NCBI GenBank assembly: GCA_963663405.2
Contig: CAXXSM010000089.1
Location: 1 to 64,000 of the forward strand
Source of the DNA: a bacterium
Lineage (GTDB): Bacteria > Hinthialibacterota > Hinthialibacteria > Hinthialibacterales > Hinthialibacteraceae
Direction: 5' to 3'
DNA length: 64,000 nt
Shown: one piece after another, positions 1-9,906 of the stretch
Layout: the number at the start of each line of letters is the position of its first letter
Numbering within the stretch: the first letter of the stretch is position 1
Translations under genes and position numbers: made by a program
The notes under the pieces: model-generated
Told to the model about the DNA's origin: nothing
The model's database searches: none
The model's input: only the letters and a program-made list of their open reading frames with translations

Positions 1-2659
1 GGCTTTTCGCTTCCATCAGTTTCCCCATCTGCTCCGTGGCGGGGCCCACTGGGGCGAGACGGCGTGTAAAGGGATAGGTCAGCCAGTTCCATATACGTAC
101 GAGCACTCGGCGCAGCTGCGGCAGTTCAAAGAATACGCGCCGCACGGCGATATCGCAGAAAAACAATATGATCGCCAGCGTCATCATCAGCGGCCACAGC
201 GGTTTCGCTTCGCCCGTGGCCCATAGATCATGTCCGAACACGTTATCATCCGCCGTCAACAGCGGTTTCCCATTCACCTCCGCCATGCGTTTCAAAATCC
301 GGTCGTTCTGCCGGGTTGAATCATGTTCGGGAGAAAATGGAGCCGTGAAACCGGTCGCAACCTGCCCCTCGTTTCCTTCGCTGTCCTTATAGATCATGCT
401 GACGAGATAACTGCCAGGATCACTTCCGGAAAACGTCCCTTCGTACCGCCCCGGCTCTGTTTGCCGCATCTCAAAATTCGAAGTTTTTACTTTTGGATCG
501 ATCGCTGACGCGTTGAACGTAAGATCGTTCAGAAATTCTCCATCGCTTGTCAGCGCGTCTACAACGACGCGAACCCGGTCCCCCTCCTGGGTTGTCTGCA
601 CTTGGAAGTTCTCTTCCAGGCCGGAGCGCAGCGTCCAGCGAATCACCTGCGCCCAGAATTTAGAATATCCGTTCCATCCCAGCCAATCGCCCCCCCACCG
701 GCGTTTCGCGTCGGATGTGAACGCCACCGATTTCCCGAGTCCGTAGCGCCAATGCGCCAGGAGCGGATCTTCCTTGTGCGTGTAGAAAACTGTATCCGCT
801 TGGGGACGGGGGCTTGCGCAAACATAGCCGTGCAAGGGAGGAAACTCCATGCCCAAACCTTGGATCAATTCACTCTGGTGGGTGATGACTGGTGTAAACG
901 TCTCTTCAATGATCAAGTTTCGTTTGACGATACTGGCTTCTTTGATGAAGATTTTGGGTAATTCCTTATTGTTTCTCACTTCATGGAAATTGCCCCCGCC
1001 GAGACGGGCGATTTCTTTCATGCCCGCGGAGAACTGCTGGTCGTGCGCAGCGATGCAGACAGTCGAGATGGTGATTCCAGCGTCCCGGATTTGTTGAATC
1101 AGGCCGGTGGTGGGCAGCCGGGGATCGCCATCGGATATGATGACCATATGTTTCGTGTTCGCATCCGTCTTTTTTAAGCCTTCCATGGCCATCCGCATCG
1201 TGGGAGGAAACGCGGGCATGTCTCCAATCCGCGCGAACTGCAGGTTCTGGATAGCGTATCTCTGTTTGCGCTTATCCCCCGCTTTTCCCATTGGAAAGAG
1301 CCATTTTTCCGTGCCGTCCTGAAAGCAGAGAAATCCAATGTAATCCTGCCGGGAGAGCACACTCAACGCCGACAGGGAGATCTGCTGGGCCCAGTAATTC
1401 CCCTGCGCGATTTCGCAGGTGTGCATGACGATCGCCAGCGCGCCGCTGGGCAATACCCGTTTCTGTTTAATATCCATTGTGACCGGCAGCGCTTTTTCCA
1501 CCGGCGTATCCTGATATGCGCCCGCGCCGAAACTGTCCGGCCCTCCCAGCATCACCAATCCAATCCCTAAATCCCGCACCGCCACTTCAATCATCTGCTG
1601 CTGGGATTTGGCAATCTCGGACGCATGAACGTTGGAGAGGATAATCGAATCGTAGATTTGCAATTCCCGCAGTGTGCCGGGTAGATATTCGGGGGTGGTC
1701 ATCTCTACATCGATGCCTTCGGAAAGAAGCGCCGCCGCGAGAAACTGCCCTTCTTCCGGTTCGCTATCCAGCAGCAGAACGCGCGGCGTTCCTTTGACAA
1801 TAGCGAAACTCTGCGCCCGGTTGTTGGAGGGGCGGGAATCGTTCGCCGCTTCGATGCTGGCTTCGAACGTGTAGAATCCGCCTTTTTCCGCCTTGCGTGT
1901 CACCGTAAAGGCGTTCTTGCCCGGACGCAGTTGGACCTCTTGGTCCGTCACCACTTCCCCGTTTTCAGACAAGCGCAGCCGCCCCGTCCCCGCTTCCTGC
2001 GCGCGGACGACGACTTTAACCGAGTAGGGCTCGTTCTCGTGAATCTGCGATGGATGGACTAAATCGTCGATCAAAGCGTCTTGCGTATATGTATATTCCA
2101 ACGGCAGAACCCGAAGATCGACATTATTCGCCTTGGCGCGCTGGGCGGCGGCTTCAGCGCTGCCTTGCGTCTGATTGCCGTCGGTCAGGAGCACAATCCG
2201 TTTCTGCGCGCCTTCGGGAAACGCGGCCATCGCGAGACCGATCGCCGATTCGATGTTAGTGCCTTCGGGATTGTTGATGGTTTGATAATCGAGGAGCCGC
2301 ACTTCCTGGCGTGGGTTTTCTTGAATTGCGGCGTCTTTGCCGAAGAAGATGATTCCCGCGCTGTCGTCTTTGGGGATTTCTTCCAAGCGCTTCTGCGTAT
2401 ACGCCAGACTGAATTCCTGTTCGGCGGCCGGGATGCTGGACGACCGGTCCAGGACAAAAAATACACTCAGTGATTCGCCTTTCCCAAGGTATTCCAATTC
2501 CGCCAACGCAAGGATAAAAAAGGCCAAAACAAGGGTGCGAAGCGCTAGGGCGAAGGTTTTGCGTCCACGGCCCAGCACGCGCACGCGCTTAGCCATATAC
2601 CAAGCGACAGGGATCAAAAGAAGCAGACAGAGAAACCAAGGTTGAAGCACGCGGATCAT
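1..2659 (-). CDS. VWA-domain membrane protein with DUF1355/glutamine amidotransferase-like domain (3'-partial, runs off window)
   Basis: Manual translation from ATG 2659: MIRVLQPWFLCLLLLIPVAW (BatA-like TM), VFFVLDRSSS (MIDAS), IVLLTDG, LVMLGGPDSFGAGAY, second VWA (HMVIISDG), WRYGLGKSVAFTSD...W. Absent from the ORF track because there is no stop in the window. Confidence 0.85.
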   Translation of the reverse strand, partial: MIRVLQPWFLCLLLLIPVAWYMAKRVRVLGRGRKTFALALRTLVLAFFILALAELEYLGKGESLSVFFVLDRSSSIPAAEQEFSLAYTQKRLEEIPKDDSAGIIFFGKDAAIQENPRQEVRLLDYQTINNPEGTNIESAIGLAMAAFPEGAQKRIVLLTDGNQTQGSAEAAAQRAKANNVDLRVLPLEYTYTQDALIDDLVHPSQIHENEPYSVKVVVRAQEAGTGRLRLSENGEVVTDQEVQLRPGKNAFTVTRKAEKGGFYTFEASIEAANDSRPSNNRAQSFAIVKGTPRVLLLDSEPEEGQFLAAALLSEGIDVEMTTPEYLPGTLRELQIYDSIILSNVHASEIAKSQQQMIEVAVRDLGIGLVMLGGPDSFGAGAYQDTPVEKALPVTMDIKQKRVLPSGALAIVMHTCEIAQGNYWAQQISLSALSVLSRQDYIGFLCFQDGTEKWLFPMGKAGDKRKQRYAIQNLQFARIGDMPAFPPTMRMAMEGLKKTDANTKHMVIISDGDPRLPTTGLIQQIRDAGITISTVCIAAHDQQFSAGMKEIARLGGGNFHEVRNNKELPKIFIKEASIVKRNLIIEETFTPVITHQSELIQGLGMEFPPLHGYVCASPRPQADTVFYTHKEDPLLAHWRYGLGKSVAFTSDAKRRWGGDWLGWNGYSKFWAQVIRWTLRSGLEENFQVQTTQEGDRVRVVVDALTSDGEFLNDLTFNASAIDPKVKTSNFEMRQTEPGRYEGTFSGSDPGSYLVSMIYKDSEGNEGQVATGFTAPFSPEHDSTRQNDRILKRMAEVNGKPLLTADDNVFGHDLWATGEAKPLWPLMMTLAIILFFCDIAVRRVFFELPQLRRVLVRIWNWLTYPFTRRLAPVGPATEQMGKLMEAKS

Positions 2660-2915
2660 AATCGCATCTTTCAGGCGGACGTCCGATGAAAGGACGCGCG
2701 CAAGGTTCATTATCCTATATCAAGTAGATCCGGGAAATCTACTTATTGTAGCAGACAGCGGCCCGGTATGGATAGAGCGCATACAAATCCACCGCTGGTC
2801 AATCGCGGTGAATCCATTATCTATTAAAACGGAGCGGTTTAAATATGGTTTATGGCTCCGGCGGGAATCACTTTATTATTAGAATGAATCGGGGATGGAG
2901 CCAGTATTTAGTTTG

Positions 2916-3137
2916 TTATTCAGGAGCCCATTCCATTTTGAGTTTTCGCTTATGGACCGCGCAGTCACGCAGGTATAGATTGATGAGACTTTGATAAGGA
3001 ATGCCGGTTTCTTCAGCCATTGCTTTGAAATAAGCGACGGTATCGCGATCTAACCGAATTGTGACGGGTAGCGGCAGATTATCGATGAAAGGATTCTTTC
3101 GGCCTTCCATATTGGAGAAATTATAATGGGATCTCAT
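2916..3137 (-). CDS. BrnA/CopG-like RHH antitoxin, orphan
   Basis: MRSHYNFS...VTIRLDRDTVAYFKAMAEETGIPYQSLINLYL is the BrnA antitoxin pattern. No intact brnT upstream. Confidence 0.8.
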   Translation of the reverse strand: MRSHYNFSNMEGRKNPFIDNLPLPVTIRLDRDTVAYFKAMAEETGIPYQSLINLYLRDCAVHKRKLKMEWAPE

Positions 3138-3178
3138 ATCCGCTTCATCCAATAATCTTATTCCTCGTTTTATAGTGG

Positions 3179-3210
3179 GTAGCAAAGGCAAGGCTTTTTT
3201 CTGCCTTTGC
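3179..3210 (+). repeat. REP-like palindrome, family B (GGGTAG-stem-AGGCTTTTTTCT-stem)
   Basis: GTAGCAAAGGCAAGGCTTTTTTCTGCCTTTGC; related copies at 36767-36800 and 47381-47463. Confidence 0.75.
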
Positions 3211-3289
3211 CTTATTTCAAGCGACATTCTAACAGCGCAATAATCAATACATCTCTTATTCTCTGAGATCACCACCAATAGAAATCATT

Positions 3290-3314
3290 GTGAGTATACA
3301 TAAAAAGTACTCAC
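3290..3314. promoter_or_regulatory. Inverted repeat, candidate antitoxin operator
   Basis: GTGAGTA-N11-TACTCAC upstream of the brnA-like gene. Confidence 0.4.
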
Positions 3315-3333
3315 CGGATGATACTTTTTTATT

Positions 3334-4340
3334 CTATTGATTTTCCGCTACCGCTATCTTGGCAAACCAATCTTGAAATTCCTGTAGTGAATCAGAATGA
3401 AATGGGCCATATGATTCTGATGGTTTTCCCTCGAGTGAAGCAGATAATTTATATTCAGCCGTTCGGCGGGATATAACGCAATCGTTGAATCCCAAAAATC
3501 GTTTGTAATCATATCATGATAAAAGGGAAAAAAGTCTTCCCAATAGACTCTTAAATTGTCTTCATCACTAATATCAATGATTTCAACATGACTAAAATCA
3601 TACAACGGTGTTTTCTTCCATCCATCAAGAATTAATTTTTTTGCATTGAAATCCGTAGCAGGACCGGAGTATCCGAAAATTGTAAGATGAAATGCTTTTT
3701 CAAGTCTATTTGATACTTTTTGCCAATCACGATGAATAAGCTTATCTTTAGTGTAATCCTTATCTTCTTCAGGAAAGATGAGTTGACTACGGATCAATGC
3801 CTCATCACACACCGGGCATATCTCAGATGGAATCCCCAAAACATCATGATTATGACAAGTCGCATATGCGACACATCCATGCAAAAACCTGATATCTGGC
3901 AGATCCGCAATTTCTCTATTTCGTCTATGAGCAAGAATTAGAAATGGATCCCAATTGAATGATGCAATAACATCTTTCCCTCTAAGACCTAAAACTAAGT
4001 AGTCATAAATTGTTGGATAATCGGGTATTTCCAAATTCTCAAAATACTCTTCAATAGTTTTCTCTACTTTTAATAGTTCATCGGAAAAGATACTTTTCTT
4101 CCGAATTATAGAAAATTGATTTTCAAAACCAACAATACCTGGACATACCTTTTTTACTAGTTCTGACCAGTCTTCCCCAATAATCTTAGGAAGGTCGTCC
4201 TGCAACGGAATTGATTTTCCATTTTTATCGCCATTGCTAAAAGCCGCTTTACTTGCACCCGCACCAAGAATAACTACATGTGGTATCGAGGAAAAGGAAG
4301 GAGAATTAATCAATTCTTCTTTCGTAACTATATTGCTCAT
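3334..4340 (-). CDS. SIR2-like (sirtuin/NADase-fold) protein with Zn-ribbon; probable 1-nt indel near 3468
   Basis: HVVILGAGASKAA, IASFNWD, FLHG, CxxH...CPVC, IFGYSG. As read it ends at 3354; adding one C gives ...YPRRTAEYKL...FQDWFAKIAVAENQ* at 3334. Low GC. Confidence 0.75.
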
Positions 4341-4348
4341 GGTTTTCC

Positions 4349-4579
4349 CTACACCTTAACCTCTTGGACTTTTTTTACCAAATATATTGCAATAATAAGA
4401 AAATCATTGTTTTTTTGATAGTGGCTTACGAGGAGAACGGTAAACAACCTGGCGCCGGATTCCCGTTCCTGCCGCTGCAAATCTTTAACGATCCGTTGTA
4501 TGTCGTAATCAAAAGAGGCGGCGTGCGCTTCTCGATACTGGCGGATTTCTTTGATTATCTCATCATTCTCTATCGTCAT
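4349..4579 (-). CDS. Small conserved hypothetical protein of the type usually found next to PIN toxins
   Basis: DEIIKEIRQYREAHAASFDYDIQRIVKDLQRQERESG pattern. The C-terminus reads more typically (RVVYRSPRKP) with a 1-nt insertion. Confidence 0.55.
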   Translation of the reverse strand: MTIENDEIIKEIRQYREAHAASFDYDIQRIVKDLQRQERESGARLFTVLLVSHYQKNNDFLIIAIYLVKKVQEVKV

Positions 4580-4673
4580 TTGTCAGTTCCAAAGAAGAAT
4601 AAGCACACCCGAATCAATACCCTCATCAGTCAAGATATTCATCAGACATACTAAATACTCCCACACACTTTGC

Positions 4674-4701
4674 ATTATGCGCCAACAACACATATTGTCA
4701 A
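4674..4701 (-). promoter_or_regulatory. Sigma70-type promoter for the small-gene/SIR2 unit
   Basis: TTGACA-N16-CATAAT on the minus strand. Confidence 0.55.
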
Positions 4702-4857
4702 GTAAATTTCTGTAAAAAGAAATTAGGAAAGAAATTGCAAGAAATCAGCCTTCAAAACCGAATCATTCCGTCATCACCCACCCCCTTCAAAACCCCAAAA
4801 CACACCTACCCACATTGAGTTATCAAAAAAACAATAGAGAATACAAACGAGGGAGTA

Positions 4858-6849
4858 ATGCCGAATAAAGGATTTGCAATCCGGATGGAGAGAGAGCAGC
4901 GATACACCTCATCCCGCGCCGTCTATATGTGGATCATGCCCATTGTGGCCGCCGTATTGATCGACGTGTTCTTTTTAGCCATGCTGGACACCTTGTTTGT
5001 CAACAAAAAACGGACAGTGATCATTTACGATCATTCCCGGTTTCAAGAATTGTTGAGTATCATTACTCCCATGCAAGATGACCTTTTGAGGATTTTCAGA
5101 AATCCACAACGGCAATCGGCGCGAACAAGCCCGGAAATCCCCCTCGATCCCATCGCCCAAATTAAAGCCAACGCGAAAGAATATATTGAAAAAAACGCCG
5201 CGCAATATCTAGAAGGGGATCATCCCTGGTACTCCCTTGTTTTGACAGACGACCAGAATGAAACGATCGCAGCCTATGAAATACCAGAAAAAATTCATCA
5301 ATTCAACGATTGGAGAAATTGTCTGTTTTCCCGATCTTTCCATGCGCCCGCAATAAAGACGTATTACATCACTCTCGGCCCTTCCCGCCAACTCAATCTC
5401 AAATTTACCGCCTATTACGCCACACCACGGAATTGGCCTTCGATTGAAAGCCTGGTCTGGTGGCATTGGGTATACGCCCTTCTTTTCGTTTTTGCGACAT
5501 GGATCGTATATTGGTTACTGAACCGGTATATCTTCAGCGCCCTCCACCGAGTCGGCCGGGCGATTGAAGGGATGATTCATTCGGAACGAGTCTCTCTCAT
5601 TCCCCAGCCCCGGCAGATGCTGGAAATCGCGTTCAATCAATTGGCGCGCAACCAACGGGAAATTTATTTCAGCTTAGAGGTGGAACGAATCGTCAATTCG
5701 CTGCACGCTCTATCAGACGACACTGAAGTATTGCGGCGCTTCGCCACTCAGATCATTACCAGCGTGCAGCGAATCTATCAGTACGAAAGTGTGTCAGTCT
5801 ACCTGTTCAATCGGGGAATCGGTCAATTCGAAACGGCCGCGCATTCCGGACCATCTACGGTTCCACCTGCGCCGCCCAATCCCAACGGCGAGCCGGTCGA
5901 ATTGTTGGATGACGGCTTCTCGGTAATCCGCATTTTTACAGGCAATCAAATCGTGGCCGCGCTACAATGCCGTCTTAATCCTCACGAGGAAACCGGACAC
6001 GGTGAACCGTTGGAGATGGCGCAGGAGATCAGCAAACAGATCGAGAACGGTCTCGCCCGCGCCTTTTCCCGCAGCCGAACTCTAACCGAAGAACGCAACC
6101 GCTTTGGGATCAATCTGGCCGTCAACATGGGACACGATCTGACTAACATCATCGCCTCAGGAAAGTGGGATTTAGATACGATCCAACGGTCGCGTGATTT
6201 GGGCATTGTCTCCATGAATCCAGAAAAAGCGCATTTCTTCATCGACGCGGTAAACGGATTGGGAAACAACCTGCGCTTTTTACAAGAGATGGTCAACATC
6301 TACCGGTCCTTCGGTTACACACGCCGTCCACGTTACGAACGGGTCCAGTTGGCGGACTTGGCGCGAAACGTGACGGAATTGTTCCGCCGCTCCATATCGA
6401 AAACGTTGACCATCGAGATGACGCTCGATGAGACCATTGAGATCAACGCCGAACCGCGTCTCTTACGCATGGCTCTATTCAACCTGCTGGCGAACGCCGC
6501 GCAAGCGCTCCAACGCCATGCGGCGCCGGATCGAAAGGGCTCCATTCATGTGATCCTGGTAAACAATAACGAAGACTCGGTTTTATTATCTGTGCGGGAT
6601 AATGGTCCCGGCATTCGCGGCGCCGATGGTTCTCTGCTCCAAGAACCGGAAATCAACCGCATCTTCCAAGCTGGATTCAGCACGAAGGAAGGAGGAGGCT
6701 TGGGTCTCGCGTGGGTGAAATCGATCGCGGAAGACTTTCATGGCGCATCTATCCGCGCAGTGAACCATACGGAGGGCGGCGCTGTGCTTTCCATCCTGTT
6801 TCCTAAAGAATGGAGCAATCCCTCTGCGGCGCCGGTTCAAGAAAACTGA
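4858..6849 (+). CDS. Membrane sensor histidine kinase (2 TM, GAF-like region, HATPase)
   Basis: H-box NMGHDLTN, N-box LFNLLANAAQA, G1 DNGPGI, F-box IFQAGFSTK, G2 GGGLGL. Confidence 0.9.
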   Translation: MPNKGFAIRMEREQRYTSSRAVYMWIMPIVAAVLIDVFFLAMLDTLFVNKKRTVIIYDHSRFQELLSIITPMQDDLLRIFRNPQRQSARTSPEIPLDPIAQIKANAKEYIEKNAAQYLEGDHPWYSLVLTDDQNETIAAYEIPEKIHQFNDWRNCLFSRSFHAPAIKTYYITLGPSRQLNLKFTAYYATPRNWPSIESLVWWHWVYALLFVFATWIVYWLLNRYIFSALHRVGRAIEGMIHSERVSLIPQPRQMLEIAFNQLARNQREIYFSLEVERIVNSLHALSDDTEVLRRFATQIITSVQRIYQYESVSVYLFNRGIGQFETAAHSGPSTVPPAPPNPNGEPVELLDDGFSVIRIFTGNQIVAALQCRLNPHEETGHGEPLEMAQEISKQIENGLARAFSRSRTLTEERNRFGINLAVNMGHDLTNIIASGKWDLDTIQRSRDLGIVSMNPEKAHFFIDAVNGLGNNLRFLQEMVNIYRSFGYTRRPRYERVQLADLARNVTELFRRSISKTLTIEMTLDETIEINAEPRLLRMALFNLLANAAQALQRHAAPDRKGSIHVILVNNNEDSVLLSVRDNGPGIRGADGSLLQEPEINRIFQAGFSTKEGGGLGLAWVKSIAEDFHGASIRAVNHTEGGAVLSILFPKEWSNPSAAPVQEN

Positions 6850-8012
6850 TCGCCTGCCGCGTCCAGTTCAATGGAAGTGTCCCGCGCAATCGTTTTTGGG
6901 AACAAGAAATACACCAATAGCAGAACAAACGCCGCGATGATCCCAGCTAAGATTCCATGTGGAAAGAAGAATAATAGAATCCAGGTCACCAGAACCGCCG
7001 CACCTGCAAGTATTGGATGACGTTGATTCAATGCGCTCACCCCAAGACCGGCCAGCAAAAGGACGCCGGGAAAAGCGAAGAAAGGCAGTCGAAAAAAATC
7101 GACCGCGATCAGCATAGGCAGCAGTGAACATCCAATATGCGCCAATGAAAAGAGCGTGATCCGGCGTGGGCCTTTCAAAATCCCGATGATTGCGAGCCCC
7201 CAAGCGCCGGGAATAATCTCCCGCCAGATCTCATAGGACAGAAGAACGCTGAATCCATGTTTCTGAAAAACCTTGCCGATTTGAACCGGCGAGGTTCCCA
7301 GCGGATCGCCCGTTATGATAGCTATCACAAGAAAATCACTGACATAGGGCCAGACAAACCAAATTGACACAAAAATCAGAATCCCGGGCGCACAGCACCA
7401 CAACACGGGCAAGAGAGAACGAACAGGATACTTCACATTCCACCACGCGGCGGCGATGACGGGAACCAGAAACAGCGATTCAGGCCGGTTGAACGCCCCC
7501 ACGGTTACCGCCGCCAAGGTTACACCCAGATTCCGGGTCAGCGCGCCGAAAAAGACACAAATCATCATCCAATAGTTGAGTGGATCGGTGTACCAAGCGT
7601 TGGCCATGATGAACCGCGCGGAAGGCGCGAAATAGAAGCAGGGCAGCAGCGCCACAGCCCAATAGAGTGGAATGTCGATCAGACGCATCACCAACACAAG
7701 AAATAAACCAGTAAAAAAATAGGAACCAAACGCGATCAGACGAAACTCCGTATCCGTTCCGAACGGCATGCAATAAGCGAGAAGCGGAGTCAGCAAACGG
7801 CCCCCATAGGGCAGTTCACGAAAACTAAATGGTTTATCCGCCATCGAGGAGTACTGGGTGATCGGATTGTGATCGCTGAGTGGATTCATCCAAAAGCAGA
7901 CGAGACTTAAGATCAGCGCCGCAAGCGACGCGATGAGAATATCTCCCCATCGAATCCTCTCGACTGCGTTTGTGGGTAATGGCAGATTGCTATATTTTGT
8001 TAAAACCGTCAT
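6837..8012 (-). CDS. Polytopic membrane protein (possibly GT-C-like)
   Basis: About 10 hydrophobic segments; start MTVLTKY chosen for its GGAGAGG RBS. Confidence 0.65.
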   Translation of the reverse strand: MTVLTKYSNLPLPTNAVERIRWGDILIASLAALILSLVCFWMNPLSDHNPITQYSSMADKPFSFRELPYGGRLLTPLLAYCMPFGTDTEFRLIAFGSYFFTGLFLVLVMRLIDIPLYWAVALLPCFYFAPSARFIMANAWYTDPLNYWMMICVFFGALTRNLGVTLAAVTVGAFNRPESLFLVPVIAAAWWNVKYPVRSLLPVLWCCAPGILIFVSIWFVWPYVSDFLVIAIITGDPLGTSPVQIGKVFQKHGFSVLLSYEIWREIIPGAWGLAIIGILKGPRRITLFSLAHIGCSLLPMLIAVDFFRLPFFAFPGVLLLAGLGVSALNQRHPILAGAAVLVTWILLFFFPHGILAGIIAAFVLLLVYFLFPKTIARDTSIELDAAGDQFS

Positions 8013-8059
8013 TCGCGCGTCCTCTCCAATAGTGCAGATCCACTCAATAATTCGGTTGG

Positions 8060-8785
8060 TTATTCCATCAGAAAAATAACTTTCTCCAGGTGGAAGGTTG
8101 TTTGGCTTTTCGCCGCTATGACGAAATAAAAATAATCGGATTGATCCCACGGCACAGCGAAATTGGTAGGAGAATTGTACGCGGGAATCGTCGACATTCC
8201 CCGCATTTCATCCAAATTGGGATACATTTCAAGAGAGACGCACCGCAATTCACGCAGGATTTGTTTCATCGAGTGATTTTTTTTCGCGAAACCATAACGG
8301 ATCAATGGTTCCCCTTGATAGTAGGTAATCATCGCGATCCCAAAACTCCGGTTTCGAGGGGGCAAATTCAAGGCGCCGCTCTCAATGTAAAATCCTGCGA
8401 TTTCACCCTCTTTCAGTTGAAACAAGAGCGTTTCTGTATCCTCACTGAGCCCACGGTAGAATTTGATGGTTGGATTAATTTTCCCTATTTTGGGATTCCC
8501 ATAGTTTTCTGGATGGAGCACTTTTTGTATCAACGATTCATCCAGAACGGTTGGACGAAGCAGATAACCGGCCGCATGATGCGCGATCAAGACAAGCAGT
8601 ATTAACACGCCAATCCCATAACCGGCCCAAGAGACAAAACCATAATAATGGTGAGAGGAGAGTACGGGAGATTGGAAGGTTTCATACCATGTTCGTTTCT
8701 TCCGGACCGCTTTTTCCAGTTTGGTGGTTGGAGAGGTTGTGTCTTTCTGTTTTCTTTTGGATGATTTGGATTTTTTACTCATCAT
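8060..8785 (-). CDS. Hypothetical single-TM protein
   Basis: 241-aa ORF with a basic N-terminus and one TM segment. Confidence 0.6.
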   Translation of the reverse strand: MMSKKSKSSKRKQKDTTSPTTKLEKAVRKKRTWYETFQSPVLSSHHYYGFVSWAGYGIGVLILLVLIAHHAAGYLLRPTVLDESLIQKVLHPENYGNPKIGKINPTIKFYRGLSEDTETLLFQLKEGEIAGFYIESGALNLPPRNRSFGIAMITYYQGEPLIRYGFAKKNHSMKQILRELRCVSLEMYPNLDEMRGMSTIPAYNSPTNFAVPWDQSDYFYFVIAAKSQTTFHLEKVIFLME

Positions 8786-9063
8786 GGCTCTCCGGGCGCT
8801 GTCACGGCTAAGATGGATGTCAACATTCTTTTACACAAATAGACAAAAGTATTCGTGACGTTTTTTCCTTCCCATGATACATTGAGAATAGCCAGAAAAA
8901 AATGTGTAGGCCCCGTGTCTCATGGCGGTTTCGGTCAACGAGGAGAGCCGAATTAGGCATCATTCATTTCTTTATTCCCTCGAACCGGAAGCGAATTCCC
9001 CCAGCGAAGCGCGCGCAGGGGAACCGCCTTCTCCATCCAACAAAGGAAAGGAGGTGAGACCGC

Positions 9064-9672
9064 ATGAAGAGACGCAGTGGGTTTACATTAATCGAACTTC
9101 TGATCGTCGTCGCAATCATTGGAATTTTAGCGGCGATCGCTGTGCCGAATTTTTTAAACGCGCAAGTCCGGGCGAAAGTCGCCCGCGCGGAATCGGATAT
9201 GAAAAGTGTCACGACGGCGCTGGAGTCATTTTTCATTGATAACAACTCCTACCCGCCGATGGACACAGACCGGATTCGCATGCGCCGGCAGTACAAAGGC
9301 TGTGACAGCGCTCCTTGTGGCTGCGCAGTGGTAGATATCGCGCATATCATGATCGGAACGTCGGGTGACCGCCGGATCTATTTAACCACGCCGGTCGCGT
9401 ATATCTCGTCGCTGCCAAGTGATCCGTTCCGGATGGACTGCGGATACGGCTACGGCTCCAACGGACAGAGTTACTATATTCTGTCCAGCTGGGGGCCGGA
9501 CACGCAAGACAGCAACGGAGAGGAACTCGACGAGCGTGATTATACAGGCGCCCGATTGACCGATCTCAACAAGGCCGCCGTTCGCAAAAGTCAGTTTACA
9601 ATGGCCCAGCTGGTGTACAATCCTTCCAATGGAATCAGCAGCGAGGGCGACATTTTCCGAGTGGGTCCATAA
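9064..9672 (+). CDS. Prepilin-type N-methylation protein (GspG/PulG-like)
   Basis: G|FTLIELLIVVAIIGILAAIAVP class III signal; LTTPVAYI..LPSDPF; SWGPD; YNPSNG..SEGDI; strong AAGGAGGTG RBS. Confidence 0.9.
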   Translation: MKRRSGFTLIELLIVVAIIGILAAIAVPNFLNAQVRAKVARAESDMKSVTTALESFFIDNNSYPPMDTDRIRMRRQYKGCDSAPCGCAVVDIAHIMIGTSGDRRIYLTTPVAYISSLPSDPFRMDCGYGYGSNGQSYYILSSWGPDTQDSNGEELDERDYTGARLTDLNKAAVRKSQFTMAQLVYNPSNGISSEGDIFRVGP

Positions 9673-9710
9673 GGCGCTATGACCGGATGGATCGAAGATG
9701 AGAATGACCG

Positions 9711-9748
9711 AGATGGGGGATCTATCATCCCCCATCTTTTTTATTTTT
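9711..9748 (+). terminator. Rho-independent terminator
   Basis: AGATGGGGGA-N7-TCCCCCATCT followed by a T-run after the pilin gene. Confidence 0.75.
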
Positions 9749-9906
9749 CTACACGGATACGACAGATATCATACTGGCGAGAAATTCGCAGGTGGCCAGG
9801 GCAAGTACCGGCGCTCGTGCCGGAGCCTTTATTTTCATTCGGCGGGTGGCCTGGGCAAGGTTTTTCATCTGCCCAGGCATTCAACCCAAATTCATCAACA
9901 AACAAC

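Noticed and set aside
2660-2915. ncRNA in the intergenic hairpins (AAGTAGAT/ATCTACTT, TGGCTCC/GGAGCCA)
   Set aside because: Single occurrence with no known motif; insufficient evidence.
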